64,000 nucleotides of DNA from Candidatus Latescibacterota bacterium (GTDB lineage Bacteria > Latescibacterota > UBA2968 > UBA8231), in contig CBDFJF010000001.1 in assembly GCA_965248265.1 (NCBI GenBank), positions 2,496,001-2,560,000 of the forward strand, in the 5' to 3' direction. The notes below the pieces were generated by a model. It saw nothing but the letters and a program-made list of their open reading frames with translations. It made no database searches and was not told the origin of the DNA. Of this stretch, positions 27,789 through 37,702 are shown one piece after another. The first letter of the stretch is position 1. Every line of letters begins with the position of its first letter. Made by a program: the position numbers and the translations under genes.

Positions 27789-29198
27789 TCACGTCTGTGC
27801 GGCGGCGGCCTGTTCCTTTTCTGAGAATACCCGCCCTGCGTAGCGGGCAGCCACTATCCACACCAGCAGAATCGCAACGGTCGCCAACGACAGCCAGCGC
27901 ACATTCTCGAAGCCGGCGAACCATGTAGCGATCACCAGATTGATGCCCACGGCCACAGCCTTGGCAAAGCGCTGGATGAACATGTCGATGAAGGCCTTAG
28001 CCTTGTATTTCTCATCCCGTGTCGTAGGCACGTACAACACTTCCTTGGCCGACTGGTTGATCGAATAGCTGAAACCGTTGTCGGTCGTGTTCAGAAAGCT
28101 GCCCAGCAGTAGGCCGGGAACGATCAGAAAACCGGCCGAGCCCAGACAGGCGGCGACCGGCAGGAAGAGCAGCGCCACGCCCACACCAAATCGAACCATC
28201 ACGAAGCTGGTCAAGAAAAGCTGCACGACTAGAGCGACTCCGTTGGTGAAGGAGTACACCCTTGGCCAGTGCGTGTAGTGATCATCTCCCAGATAATGGA
28301 ACACCGTGTCCGTGAACTGAAAATCCATGATGGTCGAAACCATTTCGTACAACCCGACGATGGCCATGATCGACAGCAAATAGGGCGATCGGAAAACCAG
28401 CCGCGCCCCCTCCAATGCCGAACTGCCCTCCGGCTTTGCCTCTTCCTGATTGGTCGGCGCTGCTTCGGGAGGTGGATTGCGTTGCACCAACCGGCCAGCC
28501 ACCATGGCAATGAGGGCAATCAGCACCGCGATTCCCAGACAGATCCAGAGCCAAACCGAAGGACTCATCGACGATTTAACGTTGACGGCAACCACTGAGC
28601 TGCCGAAAAATCCTCCTACGACACCGCCCAACCCGATCAGTCCATACAGCCGCTTGGCGACGTCAGGTGTCACGCTGTCGTTCAGAAAAGCGAAGAACGT
28701 CACCACCATCAAGGTGCTGAAGAGGTCACCAAAGAGATAGAACGACCATGCCGTCCCGCCTCCGGGACTGTCCAGGACGAAACCGTAGAGTACGTAGGCG
28801 ACAATGAAGAACCCACAGAAGATATAGGTGAGTTGTTGGCGCCGGAGAGACCGGGCCAGAAAGGCAAAGGCCGCTGCTGCCGCGAAAGCCACGACCATGT
28901 TCATGACCTTCGCGACCTGCTCAGCCCCTGACGGCTGCAGTTGCCAACCCCACCAGTCGAAACCGGACTCGGCGATATAGCCGATGAAGACTCCCTTCTT
29001 GATCGGCTTCAGGATCCAGAAGCTGGTGATGACCAGGAAGAAATAGAGGAACATCAGCAGGGCCATCAGTCTCTCTTCGGGACGGAAGCCTGTGATCTGC
29101 TTTACGATAAAGGCGATAAAGATGGCGCCCAGGAGCCACCACCAATTCGCGAGAATGTCTGCGAATGCCTGGAAGAAAGTGAATCCGAATGATTCCAT
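27789..29198 (-). CDS. TLC/Npt (ATP:ADP translocase-like) MFS nucleotide transporter
   Basis: About 12 TM segments; 'FWILKPIK', 'AKRLYGLIGLG', 'MDFQF' and 'YSINQSAKEVLYVPTTRDEKYKAKAFID' motifs. Confidence 0.85.
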   Translation of the reverse strand: MESFGFTFFQAFADILANWWWLLGAIFIAFIVKQITGFRPEERLMALLMFLYFFLVITSFWILKPIKKGVFIGYIAESGFDWWGWQLQPSGAEQVAKVMNMVVAFAAAAAFAFLARSLRRQQLTYIFCGFFIVAYVLYGFVLDSPGGGTAWSFYLFGDLFSTLMVVTFFAFLNDSVTPDVAKRLYGLIGLGGVVGGFFGSSVVAVNVKSSMSPSVWLWICLGIAVLIALIAMVAGRLVQRNPPPEAAPTNQEEAKPEGSSALEGARLVFRSPYLLSIMAIVGLYEMVSTIMDFQFTDTVFHYLGDDHYTHWPRVYSFTNGVALVVQLFLTSFVMVRFGVGVALLFLPVAACLGSAGFLIVPGLLLGSFLNTTDNGFSYSINQSAKEVLYVPTTRDEKYKAKAFIDMFIQRFAKAVAVGINLVIATWFAGFENVRWLSLATVAILLVWIVAARYAGRVFSEKEQAAAAQT

Positions 29199-29273
29199 TT
29201 GCGCTCCAGTCTGTAGCGCTTCAGTTAGTAATTTTGACGACTATGCTACTGGACGTAGCCAGCAGCCACGCAC

Positions 29274-30959
29274 TCAGCTGTCGCGCTCGATTCGCACTAT
29301 GCGACTGCGCCCGTCGTCCCAGTTGTGGAAGTAGACTCGAATGGCCTTGCCCCAGTCGTCATCTCCACGACGGGTGCGGATTTCGTAGCCGTGAAAACCC
29401 GTGCGTAACCCTGGAGCTATGATGATGGCCGTCGGGATCACCGACCCCTGGCGCTCACCTGCCTCGCTTACCGCTTTTCCGGTGTCGTCGAGGAGGCGGT
29501 ACTGGTAACGCGTCTGATCCGCCGACTCCAGCCCGCCGCTGACGGCCAGATCCTCAAAGCGCAACTCGCCGTCAATCAGCTCGAAGTGATCCAGGGGATT
29601 GACCCTGGCATACCAGAAGCGACCGATCATGTCCCGCCTTTCGATGATGAGTCGGGCCAGTTCTTCGGCGGCGTCCGGGTTGGATAACAACCCTGTGCCG
29701 ACGATAGCGCGAATCTCCTCATCGGTGAAGGCCATGACGATTTTGGCACCCCAATATGCGTCACGGTTGGTGCAACGCTCGAAGGCCGGATTCGGATAGG
29801 TCGGCACCCAGCGCGCGGGTCGGAAGGTCGCATTCTCGAAATAACCGATCGAGGGGTACTGGATTGGCTGGGGTTCCTCCCAGCCTTTGCGGTAGAATCC
29901 AAGGGACACGATAGAAAGACCGATGGTGCGCGGGTCCCACACGTACTCGTTGCCGTACTTGGGCGGATGCGGCATCAGGTTGTTGCTACCGAAAGCCGAG
30001 CCCATGTCGATGAGGTAGTGGCGCACGTAGCGACGTGCGCCGTCCTCTTCGCTCACGTACATGTCAAGGGTGTTGGCGGCACGCCGATCGGCGTCGTTCA
30101 TCCACGAGCCGATCACCCTCAGACCCCGCAGCTCACGCCGGTGCTCGTGGTCGACCCGATCGTTGGAATCATCCTTACGGCGGCCGTGGTAGTCGAAAAT
30201 ACCAACAGGTTTGCCGGACAAAAACTTGCTTGCCACGCAACGCAGGCGACCATCCGCCTGGGGGATGATGTTGTCGAGGATCGCCTGCATGTCGCGCTCT
30301 TCCATCTTGCGCTTGCCGCCGCCTCGTTTTGGCACCTTGGCTTTGGGGCCGATCACGAGCCGCGATGGATCGAAGTAGACGACCGAATTTCGCGGTACGT
30401 TGTAGCCGGCCGCGTGCAGGAACTTGGTGGCGATTATCTCCGCCGAAGATCCCATCTCGTTGTTGCCTTCGGAATCGAATTTCAGCAGGTAGTACTGGCC
30501 AGACGCGTCCTTGATCGTGAAGCCGGCGGTGCCACCCTCGAACTTGCCCGCGACGATCTCCAACGGTCCAGAGTCATCCGGATGTGCCCATCCAGGTCCC
30601 ACCTCCAGCTCTTCGATCGACATCGGTTTCAGAAAATGGCGGTTCGTGTACCACGAAGAGCCGGGCACCTCGTCCAGAACATTGACGTTGTCCGCTTCAC
30701 GGGGCGGTGCAACCCGCAGGATGTTGCCGATGCGCCTGGTCGTCCACCCCAGGTCCAGCAATTTTCCCACCTGGAAAAAGAGGGTGTGATCGGCAATATC
30801 CCAGACCTGATTTTCCCTGATTTCAAGTGGCTCTGGCATGCTCTTGTTATCCGCGTCGAACCATTTGACTGGAGCGGTGGACAGATCCGGTTCTGCGCTT
30901 GCGGACCCCGCGAACGCCAGCGTACTCACCACAAGAGTTGTGGACCGCAGAACCCTCAA
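29274..30959 (-). CDS. exported protein with atypical (HipA/PI3K-like) kinase motifs
   Basis: Signal peptide ending 'AGSASA'; 'GGTAGF..YLLKFD', 'SAE', 'DADRRAAN' and 'LIDMG'. TTG overlaps the upstream TGA. Confidence 0.65.
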   Translation of the reverse strand: MRVLRSTTLVVSTLAFAGSASAEPDLSTAPVKWFDADNKSMPEPLEIRENQVWDIADHTLFFQVGKLLDLGWTTRRIGNILRVAPPREADNVNVLDEVPGSSWYTNRHFLKPMSIEELEVGPGWAHPDDSGPLEIVAGKFEGGTAGFTIKDASGQYYLLKFDSEGNNEMGSSAEIIATKFLHAAGYNVPRNSVVYFDPSRLVIGPKAKVPKRGGGKRKMEERDMQAILDNIIPQADGRLRCVASKFLSGKPVGIFDYHGRRKDDSNDRVDHEHRRELRGLRVIGSWMNDADRRAANTLDMYVSEEDGARRYVRHYLIDMGSAFGSNNLMPHPPKYGNEYVWDPRTIGLSIVSLGFYRKGWEEPQPIQYPSIGYFENATFRPARWVPTYPNPAFERCTNRDAYWGAKIVMAFTDEEIRAIVGTGLLSNPDAAEELARLIIERRDMIGRFWYARVNPLDHFELIDGELRFEDLAVSGGLESADQTRYQYRLLDDTGKAVSEAGERQGSVIPTAIIIAPGLRTGFHGYEIRTRRGDDDWGKAIRVYFHNWDDGRSRIVRIERDS

Positions 30960-32158
30960 AACTCCTGCTCCAATGAAAATCCCGTGAGCAGGCTCTCTTC
31001 CGCGCTGTGGGCGAGGCGCAATCCGAGAAGCAATCCGGTCTGCGAGCGCAGACTCATCCCGCCTCCGGTCGACGACACGAAGTTGCCGGTTTCGATATCG
31101 CCGTATTCATCGAACACCTGGCCCTCTTCGTGGAAGAGGAACGCGTTCCACGTATCCCAGACCGGCCATCGGTACTCAACCGCCAGCAGCAGCGAGCCCT
31201 GGCCACGCAGAGCACCACGCTCATACCCGCGCAGGCGCTGGCTGCCGCCCAGATGGGGCAGATCGGGGAATGGCACGAGGCCATCGTCGATGTCATGGAC
31301 TCTGTCCAGGCGCACTCGTCCGGCCAGGATGCGGTTGCGCCAGAACAGGGTTTGAAAACGCTGGGCCTCGGCGGCGAGGCGGACGAAGCGCGCCTCATCC
31401 GACCCGGTGACGTAATCGACCCCGGCCATCAACAGGTTGCCGCTTTCGGGGTAGAAGGTATCGCGAAATGAATGGTAGACGTCCTGGTGGTGGATCAACA
31501 TGCGCCCGGGGAAGTGGTAGTTTAACGGGTGCGACAGCGATCGCACCGGCTCCTCGAAGTCGCGGTCGTCGTATTCGATGGTGGCGCCCACCGTGAGAAG
31601 GGAGATCGACTTGCCCAATCCACCAAGCTGGCTCGCGGCGGGGGTGAGGCCGAAGGTACCGACTACAGGTGGTGTCGTCGGCACCTGTGTCGAGAAGTCC
31701 CTACGACCCCAGCCGAGGCGGCCCTCCACTGAAAAACCCTTGCTATACAGATGCAGGGGGCCGTCGTTCGAACGCCATCCCACCGTGGCCAGGATATCGG
31801 CACGCTCCACGGCGAACAGGGCTCCCAATCGGTCCTCGACGCTGCCGTTGGCAGTGGAGCCCTCGTCGTTCGTCTTGAGGTAATCAACTTCGACGTCCCA
31901 GTAGGTAGTTGCCCCTGCGAAGTCAGTGTATTGCAGCCACCCGCTGTGACGGTCGGCATCCCTGACCGTGTAGGCCGCGTTCAGTACGTGACTGCGACCG
32001 AAGAGGAACAGCTGAGCCCCGCCAGCCGTACTGGTCTCTCCGCCCAGCTGCACCTGCGGAAAGATCCCGAACGTCTGATCTTCGTTCATGAACCACTCAC
32101 GCACCTTTTTTGGCAGCTTCTCGTGCTCGGCGTAGATGGTCGCCTGGCCGAACGCTCC
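30956..32158 (-). pseudogene. Omp85/BamA-TamA-type barrel lacking its N-terminus (probable deletion junction)
   Basis: 'LGGSQRLRGY', 'EYRWPVW' and C-terminal 'EQEF'. There is no signal peptide, and the frame stays open upstream of GTG 32104 into the tail of the kinase ORF. Confidence 0.65.
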
Positions 32159-33435
32159 ATGTAGGCGGCCGCAGACGGATCGGAAAACTCACCGGCCGAA
32201 ACCGCCGCCGCGATCTGCTCATCGCTGAATGAGGTGACGATCTTGGCACCCCAGAAAGCGTCTCTCGCGGTCAGGTTCTCGAACGCGGGCACGGGGTACA
32301 TCGGTTTCCACTTGTCTGGCTTGAACAGGTCCGTCTCCAGGTAGCCGACGGAAGGGAAACGAACCGTCGCGGGCGCTTTTTCATACCCATGAACGTACAG
32401 TCCCAACGTTGCCAGGCGCATCAAGGAATCTTTCAGGTCGAAGCTGTTGGCCTGACCGCGTCTGGGGTTGCTCGGTTGGGTGCTGTTGCTGCCCATCGCA
32501 GCCCCGAAGTCGATCAGATAGTGTTTGAGGATGCGCGCTTCGGGGTCATAGGCATCGAGGGTATTCTCCTCCTTCATGTCAGCATGGTTAATCCAGGAGG
32601 CGATGACGTACAACCCGCGGATCTCCCGCCGATGTTCGTGCGGGAAGAGATCGTTGGGGTCGTCCTTTCGAACTCCAGTATAACGCCAGGGGCCAACGGG
32701 AACCCCGGGCAGGAAGAGGCTCGCCAGCGCCCGCACACTGCCCTGTCCCGGATTGACCCTGTCGAGGATGGCCGTGAGATCAGCCTGCGTCATGGTGCGT
32801 TCCTCGATCGGGTCACGTTTGTCCTCGGTGGCGACCTTGAGCACGGCTGCTGGATCGAGTTCCAGGCGCTTGGGATCCAGTTGGACGATGTAGTTTTCCG
32901 GCACGTTGTAACCGGCGGCGTAGAGCAGTCTGGAGGCGACGCACTCCGTGCCGCTGGACAGCTCGCGAAAATTGGGAGGATCGAACTTGATGATGTAGCG
33001 ACGCCCCGTGCGATCAACGATCGTTATCCCGGGAGTTACGCCCTCGGACTTCACCGACACCACGCGCCAGCGACCCGCTGCCGGTGGCCCAGTCACGTTT
33101 GGCCCTATCCTGATCTCTTCGATAGAAAGGGACTGACGAGCGTTGCGGTTGGTGAACCAGGAGTTATCGGGCACCTCGTCGAAGCGGTCGACATTGCGTG
33201 CCTGATAGGGACGGCCAACAAGCTTTCGCGTCAACCGCGGGGTATCGAAAACCTGCCACAGCTGGAGGCCGAAAGTCATCTCCAGTATTTCGTTTGCCAG
33301 CGACGGGTGACGGACCCTCGGCTTTGCCGGCAAAGGGCGGTCGTCACGCGGAATATTGCCGCTGGGCGGCGCCAACGCAGGCGCACAACCCACGCCAAAC
33401 AGCAACCCGATCATTCCCAGTGACGCAACGCGCAT
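32086..33435 (-). CDS. lipoprotein paralog of the atypical kinase-fold protein, C-terminally truncated
   Basis: Lipobox 'LFGVGC'; 'GVTPGI..YIIKFD', 'GTE', 'HADMKEEN' and 'LIDFG'. Similarity to 29274..30959 stops at about 32160. Confidence 0.65.
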   Translation of the reverse strand: MRVASLGMIGLLFGVGCAPALAPPSGNIPRDDRPLPAKPRVRHPSLANEILEMTFGLQLWQVFDTPRLTRKLVGRPYQARNVDRFDEVPDNSWFTNRNARQSLSIEEIRIGPNVTGPPAAGRWRVVSVKSEGVTPGITIVDRTGRRYIIKFDPPNFRELSSGTECVASRLLYAAGYNVPENYIVQLDPKRLELDPAAVLKVATEDKRDPIEERTMTQADLTAILDRVNPGQGSVRALASLFLPGVPVGPWRYTGVRKDDPNDLFPHEHRREIRGLYVIASWINHADMKEENTLDAYDPEARILKHYLIDFGAAMGSNSTQPSNPRRGQANSFDLKDSLMRLATLGLYVHGYEKAPATVRFPSVGYLETDLFKPDKWKPMYPVPAFENLTARDAFWGAKIVTSFSDEQIAAAVSAGEFSDPSAAAYMERSARRPSTPSTRSCQKRCVSGS

Positions 33436-33445
33436 GGCCTACCCG

Positions 33446-34687
33446 TCAGAACGTGGTGTTGAAGTTGAAGAGCATCCGCGTCAACTCGACACTGCGAGCG
33501 ACGGTGAACTCGAACACGACTCCTTCTGGCACCCACACCCGCACGCCGCCGCCGTACGAACGCTCCCAGTCGGCAAGGGTGATGTCGGCGAGTGTGTGGA
33601 ACGACCGTCCCGCCTCGTAGAAAACCGTGCCTTCGATCAAACGCCAGACCGGGAACTTGTAGCGTCCGATGGCGTACGTGAGACCGCGGTCGCGGAATCT
33701 CCCTCTCTTGAAGCCTCTCAGTGCCTCCGTTCCCCCAAGTGAAGCCAGGTCATAGAACGGGACTTCATTGCCGAATGGGGCGTAACGCCAATCGCTGCCC
33801 AACTCCAGCGCCAGCGTCCGTCTGTAGAACAACTCCAGGAACTGCTCCGTGAGGAACCCCGCCTTGATGTGCGAAAAATCGTCCTCGTCGACTGACTGGC
33901 TGTAGGCCAGCTTGAGTCGTGTCCGGTTACCCCTCGTCGGGCTGCCCGGGACATCGACGAATACGCCCTTCACCTGCACGCCGGCCTGCACGAAATGGGC
34001 CCGATTGTCCAACCCTGGCAGTTCAGTCGCATGCCTAACGATGGTGGAAGGATAGAGGTCGTTCTCACCTCGACCGACATCCCTGGTGTGATAATCCGCT
34101 TCCCAACTGAACTTGATGCGACCGCGCGTTTGTTGTGCCTGGGAAACCTGCAAGTGAAAATCCCGCTGCCGGAAGACGGTCCGGTCTGCATCGTCCGTGG
34201 CCTGACCAATGCCGTGGAAACTCTCATTCGGCTCACTGGCGTAGCGGATACTCACCATTGTGCCTGTGGGAACTGCCAATGTGAGGAGATGGTGTTGACG
34301 GTTCTTGGATGATGCTCCCAGGCTGGAGGTGATCTCAGCGTCGGCGCCGCCCACCAGGTCGTTGTAGAACACGCGCGCGCCACCACCCCGCAAGGTGCTT
34401 GCCATCGGTCTTACCCCGACCCGGCCGTCAGCGAACGTCAGGTAGGCTTTCACACGGTCCAGCAAGCGCTGTTCCCACACGGCTGTAGCCAACCTGCGAG
34501 CTCCATACCCGGTAATCTGAAACGGCAGGTAGACGATGCGCCCCGGTATTGTCGTCGCCTCTTCGAGTCGCGATCGATGCAGCACGCGAGGCGGAAAGGC
34601 TGACGTCGAATCGACGACGGCCTCGATGTCAGCGTCCAGCTGCGTCGCCAGGCCCAGCACGATCAACACGAGTGCGCAACGTTTCAT
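33446..34687 (-). CDS. Omp85/BamA-TamA-type outer-membrane barrel with no obvious POTRA domains
   Basis: Signal peptide, 'LGGTEALRGF..GRFRD', 'FYEAG', 'SYGGGVR' and a C-terminal Phe. ATGA overlap with the upstream gene. Confidence 0.8.
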   Translation of the reverse strand: MKRCALVLIVLGLATQLDADIEAVVDSTSAFPPRVLHRSRLEEATTIPGRIVYLPFQITGYGARRLATAVWEQRLLDRVKAYLTFADGRVGVRPMASTLRGGGARVFYNDLVGGADAEITSSLGASSKNRQHHLLTLAVPTGTMVSIRYASEPNESFHGIGQATDDADRTVFRQRDFHLQVSQAQQTRGRIKFSWEADYHTRDVGRGENDLYPSTIVRHATELPGLDNRAHFVQAGVQVKGVFVDVPGSPTRGNRTRLKLAYSQSVDEDDFSHIKAGFLTEQFLELFYRRTLALELGSDWRYAPFGNEVPFYDLASLGGTEALRGFKRGRFRDRGLTYAIGRYKFPVWRLIEGTVFYEAGRSFHTLADITLADWERSYGGGVRVWVPEGVVFEFTVARSVELTRMLFNFNTTF

Positions 34688-35370
34688 GGAGTCCCGCCGC
34701 CCTTCTGGCTTCCGTCGACGGCAGTCGCCACCCACTCCACCACGTCGCGCAGGCATTCCTGGTTGATTTCGTGACCCATGGAGTATTCGTGGTACTTCAG
34801 CCGGACTGGCGTCTGCGCCACCACGTCGCGGGCGGCATGACTCTGCTGGATGGAGATGACCGGATCGTGACTGCCGTGGGTCATGATGATGGATGTGGCT
34901 TGCAGTACCCGCAGAACATCCGGATCGGCCGGTGTCATCTCAGGAGCAAACACGCCGCTGAGTGCTATCACGTTTGTCGTCGTGTCCGGAGCACGGTAAG
35001 CGACCGCCAGAGCCATGGCCGCGCCCTGGCTGAATCCCAGCAGGAGTGTGTTGGACGCATCGTTGCCGTGAAAAACTTGCTGACTGCGGACAACCTCGAT
35101 GAGGTCCTCGCGCGCCTGCTCCACATCCTCCCGCTCGATCTTCACCCCCGCCTCCGTGAACTCCAGTGGAAACCAGGCATGGCCGCCCTGGGGCAGATCG
35201 ACTGGCGCTCGGATGCTTACGACACGTAAGCGTGGGTCGAAGTACGCTCCCAACGCCATCAGGTCTCGCTCGTCCGCGCCGTACCCGTGCAGGATTATCA
35301 AGAGGGGATTGACGCCATCCGATACGGATGATCGCGGCTCTTCGGTTACGTAGTATGGATTGCCGTTCAA
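34684..35370 (-). CDS. phospholipase/carboxylesterase (alpha/beta hydrolase)
   Basis: 'LHGYG', 'GFSQG', 'HGSHDPVI' and 'MGHEI' motifs. Confidence 0.9.
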   Translation of the reverse strand: MNGNPYYVTEEPRSSVSDGVNPLLIILHGYGADERDLMALGAYFDPRLRVVSIRAPVDLPQGGHAWFPLEFTEAGVKIEREDVEQAREDLIEVVRSQQVFHGNDASNTLLLGFSQGAAMALAVAYRAPDTTTNVIALSGVFAPEMTPADPDVLRVLQATSIIMTHGSHDPVISIQQSHAARDVVAQTPVRLKYHEYSMGHEINQECLRDVVEWVATAVDGSQKGGGTP

Positions 35371-35375
35371 GGGAG

Positions 35376-37589
35376 TCAGCTCAAATGCGCGGCGAATGAT
35401 TGAGTTCCGGAAACCGTCAAGACGATACGCTCGAACTCAGCGTCGATTTCGTGCACCCACGGGTTGGGCATCACCTTGTCGTTGCGCCACACCGTTTCGT
35501 CGTTGACGGTGATTTCCGGGAAACGGATGCCCAACCTTGGCATGCACAGCTGTACCCTCGTATCACGCGGTGTCCTGACCTCGATCCTGCAGGTCGGCTG
35601 CGACTCCGGTCGCCACCACTCGACGTGCATGGAACCATGCCGGGTGGGCAAATCGGCGGCCATATGGGATATCCCAATGGAAGGTGGCTCAATTTCTATG
35701 CAGTCGTTTCCGATAGTGGCAGGGCGCACCCCCATCACCCGTGAAGCCAGAAAATGATCCGGACCTGGTGCCGCGCCAGCCACCGCCACACCACGGCTTT
35801 GTTTGTCAAACCAGGTCAGACCTTCCCGGTCCAGCAACCGGCCCCAGTAGGTCTGCAAACATTGCATGGCCCGCTGGTACGCCTTCACCTCCCATAGACC
35901 CGCCACCAGATAAAAGGCCTCGTCCAGTCCGCGAACGGTTTCGATTCCGGGGCCGCGCATGGCGGCGAGAATCTGTTGTTGCCTGGCCTCATCCGCCAAC
36001 CCGAAGTAGAGGACGAGGGCATTAGTCAGTTGAGTGTACGCCGATTCGTCGCCTCCTTCGTCGTACAGTTGTGCTTCTTGACACCAGCATGATTGTGTGG
36101 AGGCCAACATCGAGTCGTAGCACTCCCGCGCGGTTCGACTCTCCATCGTGAGTGAAAACAACTCGAATAATCTCAGGGCTGCGCGCGCGGCGCCCGCGGC
36201 AACGATGGTGGAGCGCACAGCCGACCACGGCCTCTGAGCCGGCAACAGACCCGAGGGCAGTTGTTTTTCTTTGATCAGCTTCAACACCTCAGTCACGGTT
36301 TCAAGACCATCGGAGACCGTGTCGCGATCTCCCGAGTACTGCAGGTACGCCTCGAGGAACAGCGGGTACCCGAGCCAATGCCTCCAATCAGAGGCGCTTC
36401 CCTGGGGCGGACCGGTCGAAGCCAGCATGGCGCGGCCTTCAGTCGGATCGCCGCGATGACTGCAATCGTTGAGAAATAGCGGCAGCGCCGAGAGCCAGTC
36501 ATACGGATCGGGATAGGCATCCAGCCAATAGACCTGTTGCCTGCTGGCGTTGCTGCTGTGAACGCCCACGTCCCACAGTGCCTCCAGTTGCTCATCTCCG
36601 TCGATCGCGCCGCCCTCCGCGCGCGGCTCCTCCGCCGCACTCTCTGCTCGACGGACACGAACGCCCAGTTGCTCGACCACGCAGTCACTGTCAGCGAAGC
36701 CGCTGAATCGCGCCAGGAGAAAGCGGAAGGAGTGAGAAATCAAACCAGTCCATCGCTGTCGTCCGACGCAGCAAATGTAGCGGATCGCGGAGCGGAGTGC
36801 GGAATCGAATCGGTCTGTGCTGCTGGCGAAAAAGAGGTCAACGACACCGCCTCCCGCATCCGTCTGCACCGAGAGGAAGGGTGTTCCATGGAACTGCCGG
36901 CCAAAATCAAGCACGAGACAGACACCGGTTCCCGCTTCACTTGTGCGGATGGTCGTACGTTGCCCGTGGCCCTGCAACAGCCCGTCCGGGTGCACGCACT
37001 TGCAACTCCTCAGCGGGGCGAGATCGCGAACCGATGAGGGAATCTGTTGTGCGCTTGATTCGCCCGTGGCAACCAACTCGCGCGCTGCCAGGTCGATGAT
37101 CCTGATGGAAGTTGGCGGCAACTCGACCGGTGCCTGCGCCTCGACCGGCGTACAGGGCCTCCATGCAAGCGGTTCCGCATCACCGTGCAGCGGCTCGAGG
37201 ACGGCGGAGTACTTCTCGCTGAAGGCAGATTCCGAGTCGGGGGCTGTACCGACGAGGCTGGACCAGGAGGAATCCGTGATCACGGATATGCCCGAGATCT
37301 GCCCCTCACAGATGAACCAGGCGGCATGGGGTCCGGCCGCTGCCCGCACCATCAGGACGGATGTGGCGCTCTCAGCTTCGGCGTTGATTTCGAAGCGATC
37401 CCAGCCGGGAACCTGGGTCAGTTCGCCTCCGGGTCCGGCACCAACCTGCTCGCCATCCAAGAAGATCTGGAAAGGTCCGCCGCATGCACATCGCAGCCAA
37501 CCCTTTCTGTGCGGCCCTGAGAACTGCAGCGGGGCCTTCAGGTACACGAAGGCATCAGGATCGACATGCCATACAGGCTGGGGATTCAT
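35376..37589 (-). CDS. divergent alpha-L-rhamnosidase (GH78)-like protein
   Basis: 'VLDFGRQFHG', 'FRFL', 'YLQYSGD', 'TQLTNAL', 'VMGVRP' and 'LPTRHGSMHVEW' match GH78 architecture; the catalytic motifs are degenerate. Confidence 0.6.
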   Translation of the reverse strand: MNPQPVWHVDPDAFVYLKAPLQFSGPHRKGWLRCACGGPFQIFLDGEQVGAGPGGELTQVPGWDRFEINAEAESATSVLMVRAAAGPHAAWFICEGQISGISVITDSSWSSLVGTAPDSESAFSEKYSAVLEPLHGDAEPLAWRPCTPVEAQAPVELPPTSIRIIDLAARELVATGESSAQQIPSSVRDLAPLRSCKCVHPDGLLQGHGQRTTIRTSEAGTGVCLVLDFGRQFHGTPFLSVQTDAGGGVVDLFFASSTDRFDSALRSAIRYICCVGRQRWTGLISHSFRFLLARFSGFADSDCVVEQLGVRVRRAESAAEEPRAEGGAIDGDEQLEALWDVGVHSSNASRQQVYWLDAYPDPYDWLSALPLFLNDCSHRGDPTEGRAMLASTGPPQGSASDWRHWLGYPLFLEAYLQYSGDRDTVSDGLETVTEVLKLIKEKQLPSGLLPAQRPWSAVRSTIVAAGAARAALRLFELFSLTMESRTARECYDSMLASTQSCWCQEAQLYDEGGDESAYTQLTNALVLYFGLADEARQQQILAAMRGPGIETVRGLDEAFYLVAGLWEVKAYQRAMQCLQTYWGRLLDREGLTWFDKQSRGVAVAGAAPGPDHFLASRVMGVRPATIGNDCIEIEPPSIGISHMAADLPTRHGSMHVEWWRPESQPTCRIEVRTPRDTRVQLCMPRLGIRFPEITVNDETVWRNDKVMPNPWVHEIDAEFERIVLTVSGTQSFAAHLS

Positions 37590-37702
37590 TTGGCTGACCC
37601 TGTGGGCGAGGGGTGACGGCGATAGCGGAAGAGGCTTCCAAGACGCCACTCTCCAGCCCAAAGGGTACGCAAACTTGGCTCCGCGGAGGAGCCCGATGGG
37701 TC

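Noticed and set aside
29967-31355. Long plus-strand ORFs antisense to real genes (also 3408..4451, 20748..21731, 24303..25379, 32389..33423, 39375..40235; minus-strand 14748..15851)
   Set aside because: These are shadow ORFs typical of high-GC DNA. They fully overlap motif-bearing genes on the other strand and have no recognisable motifs.
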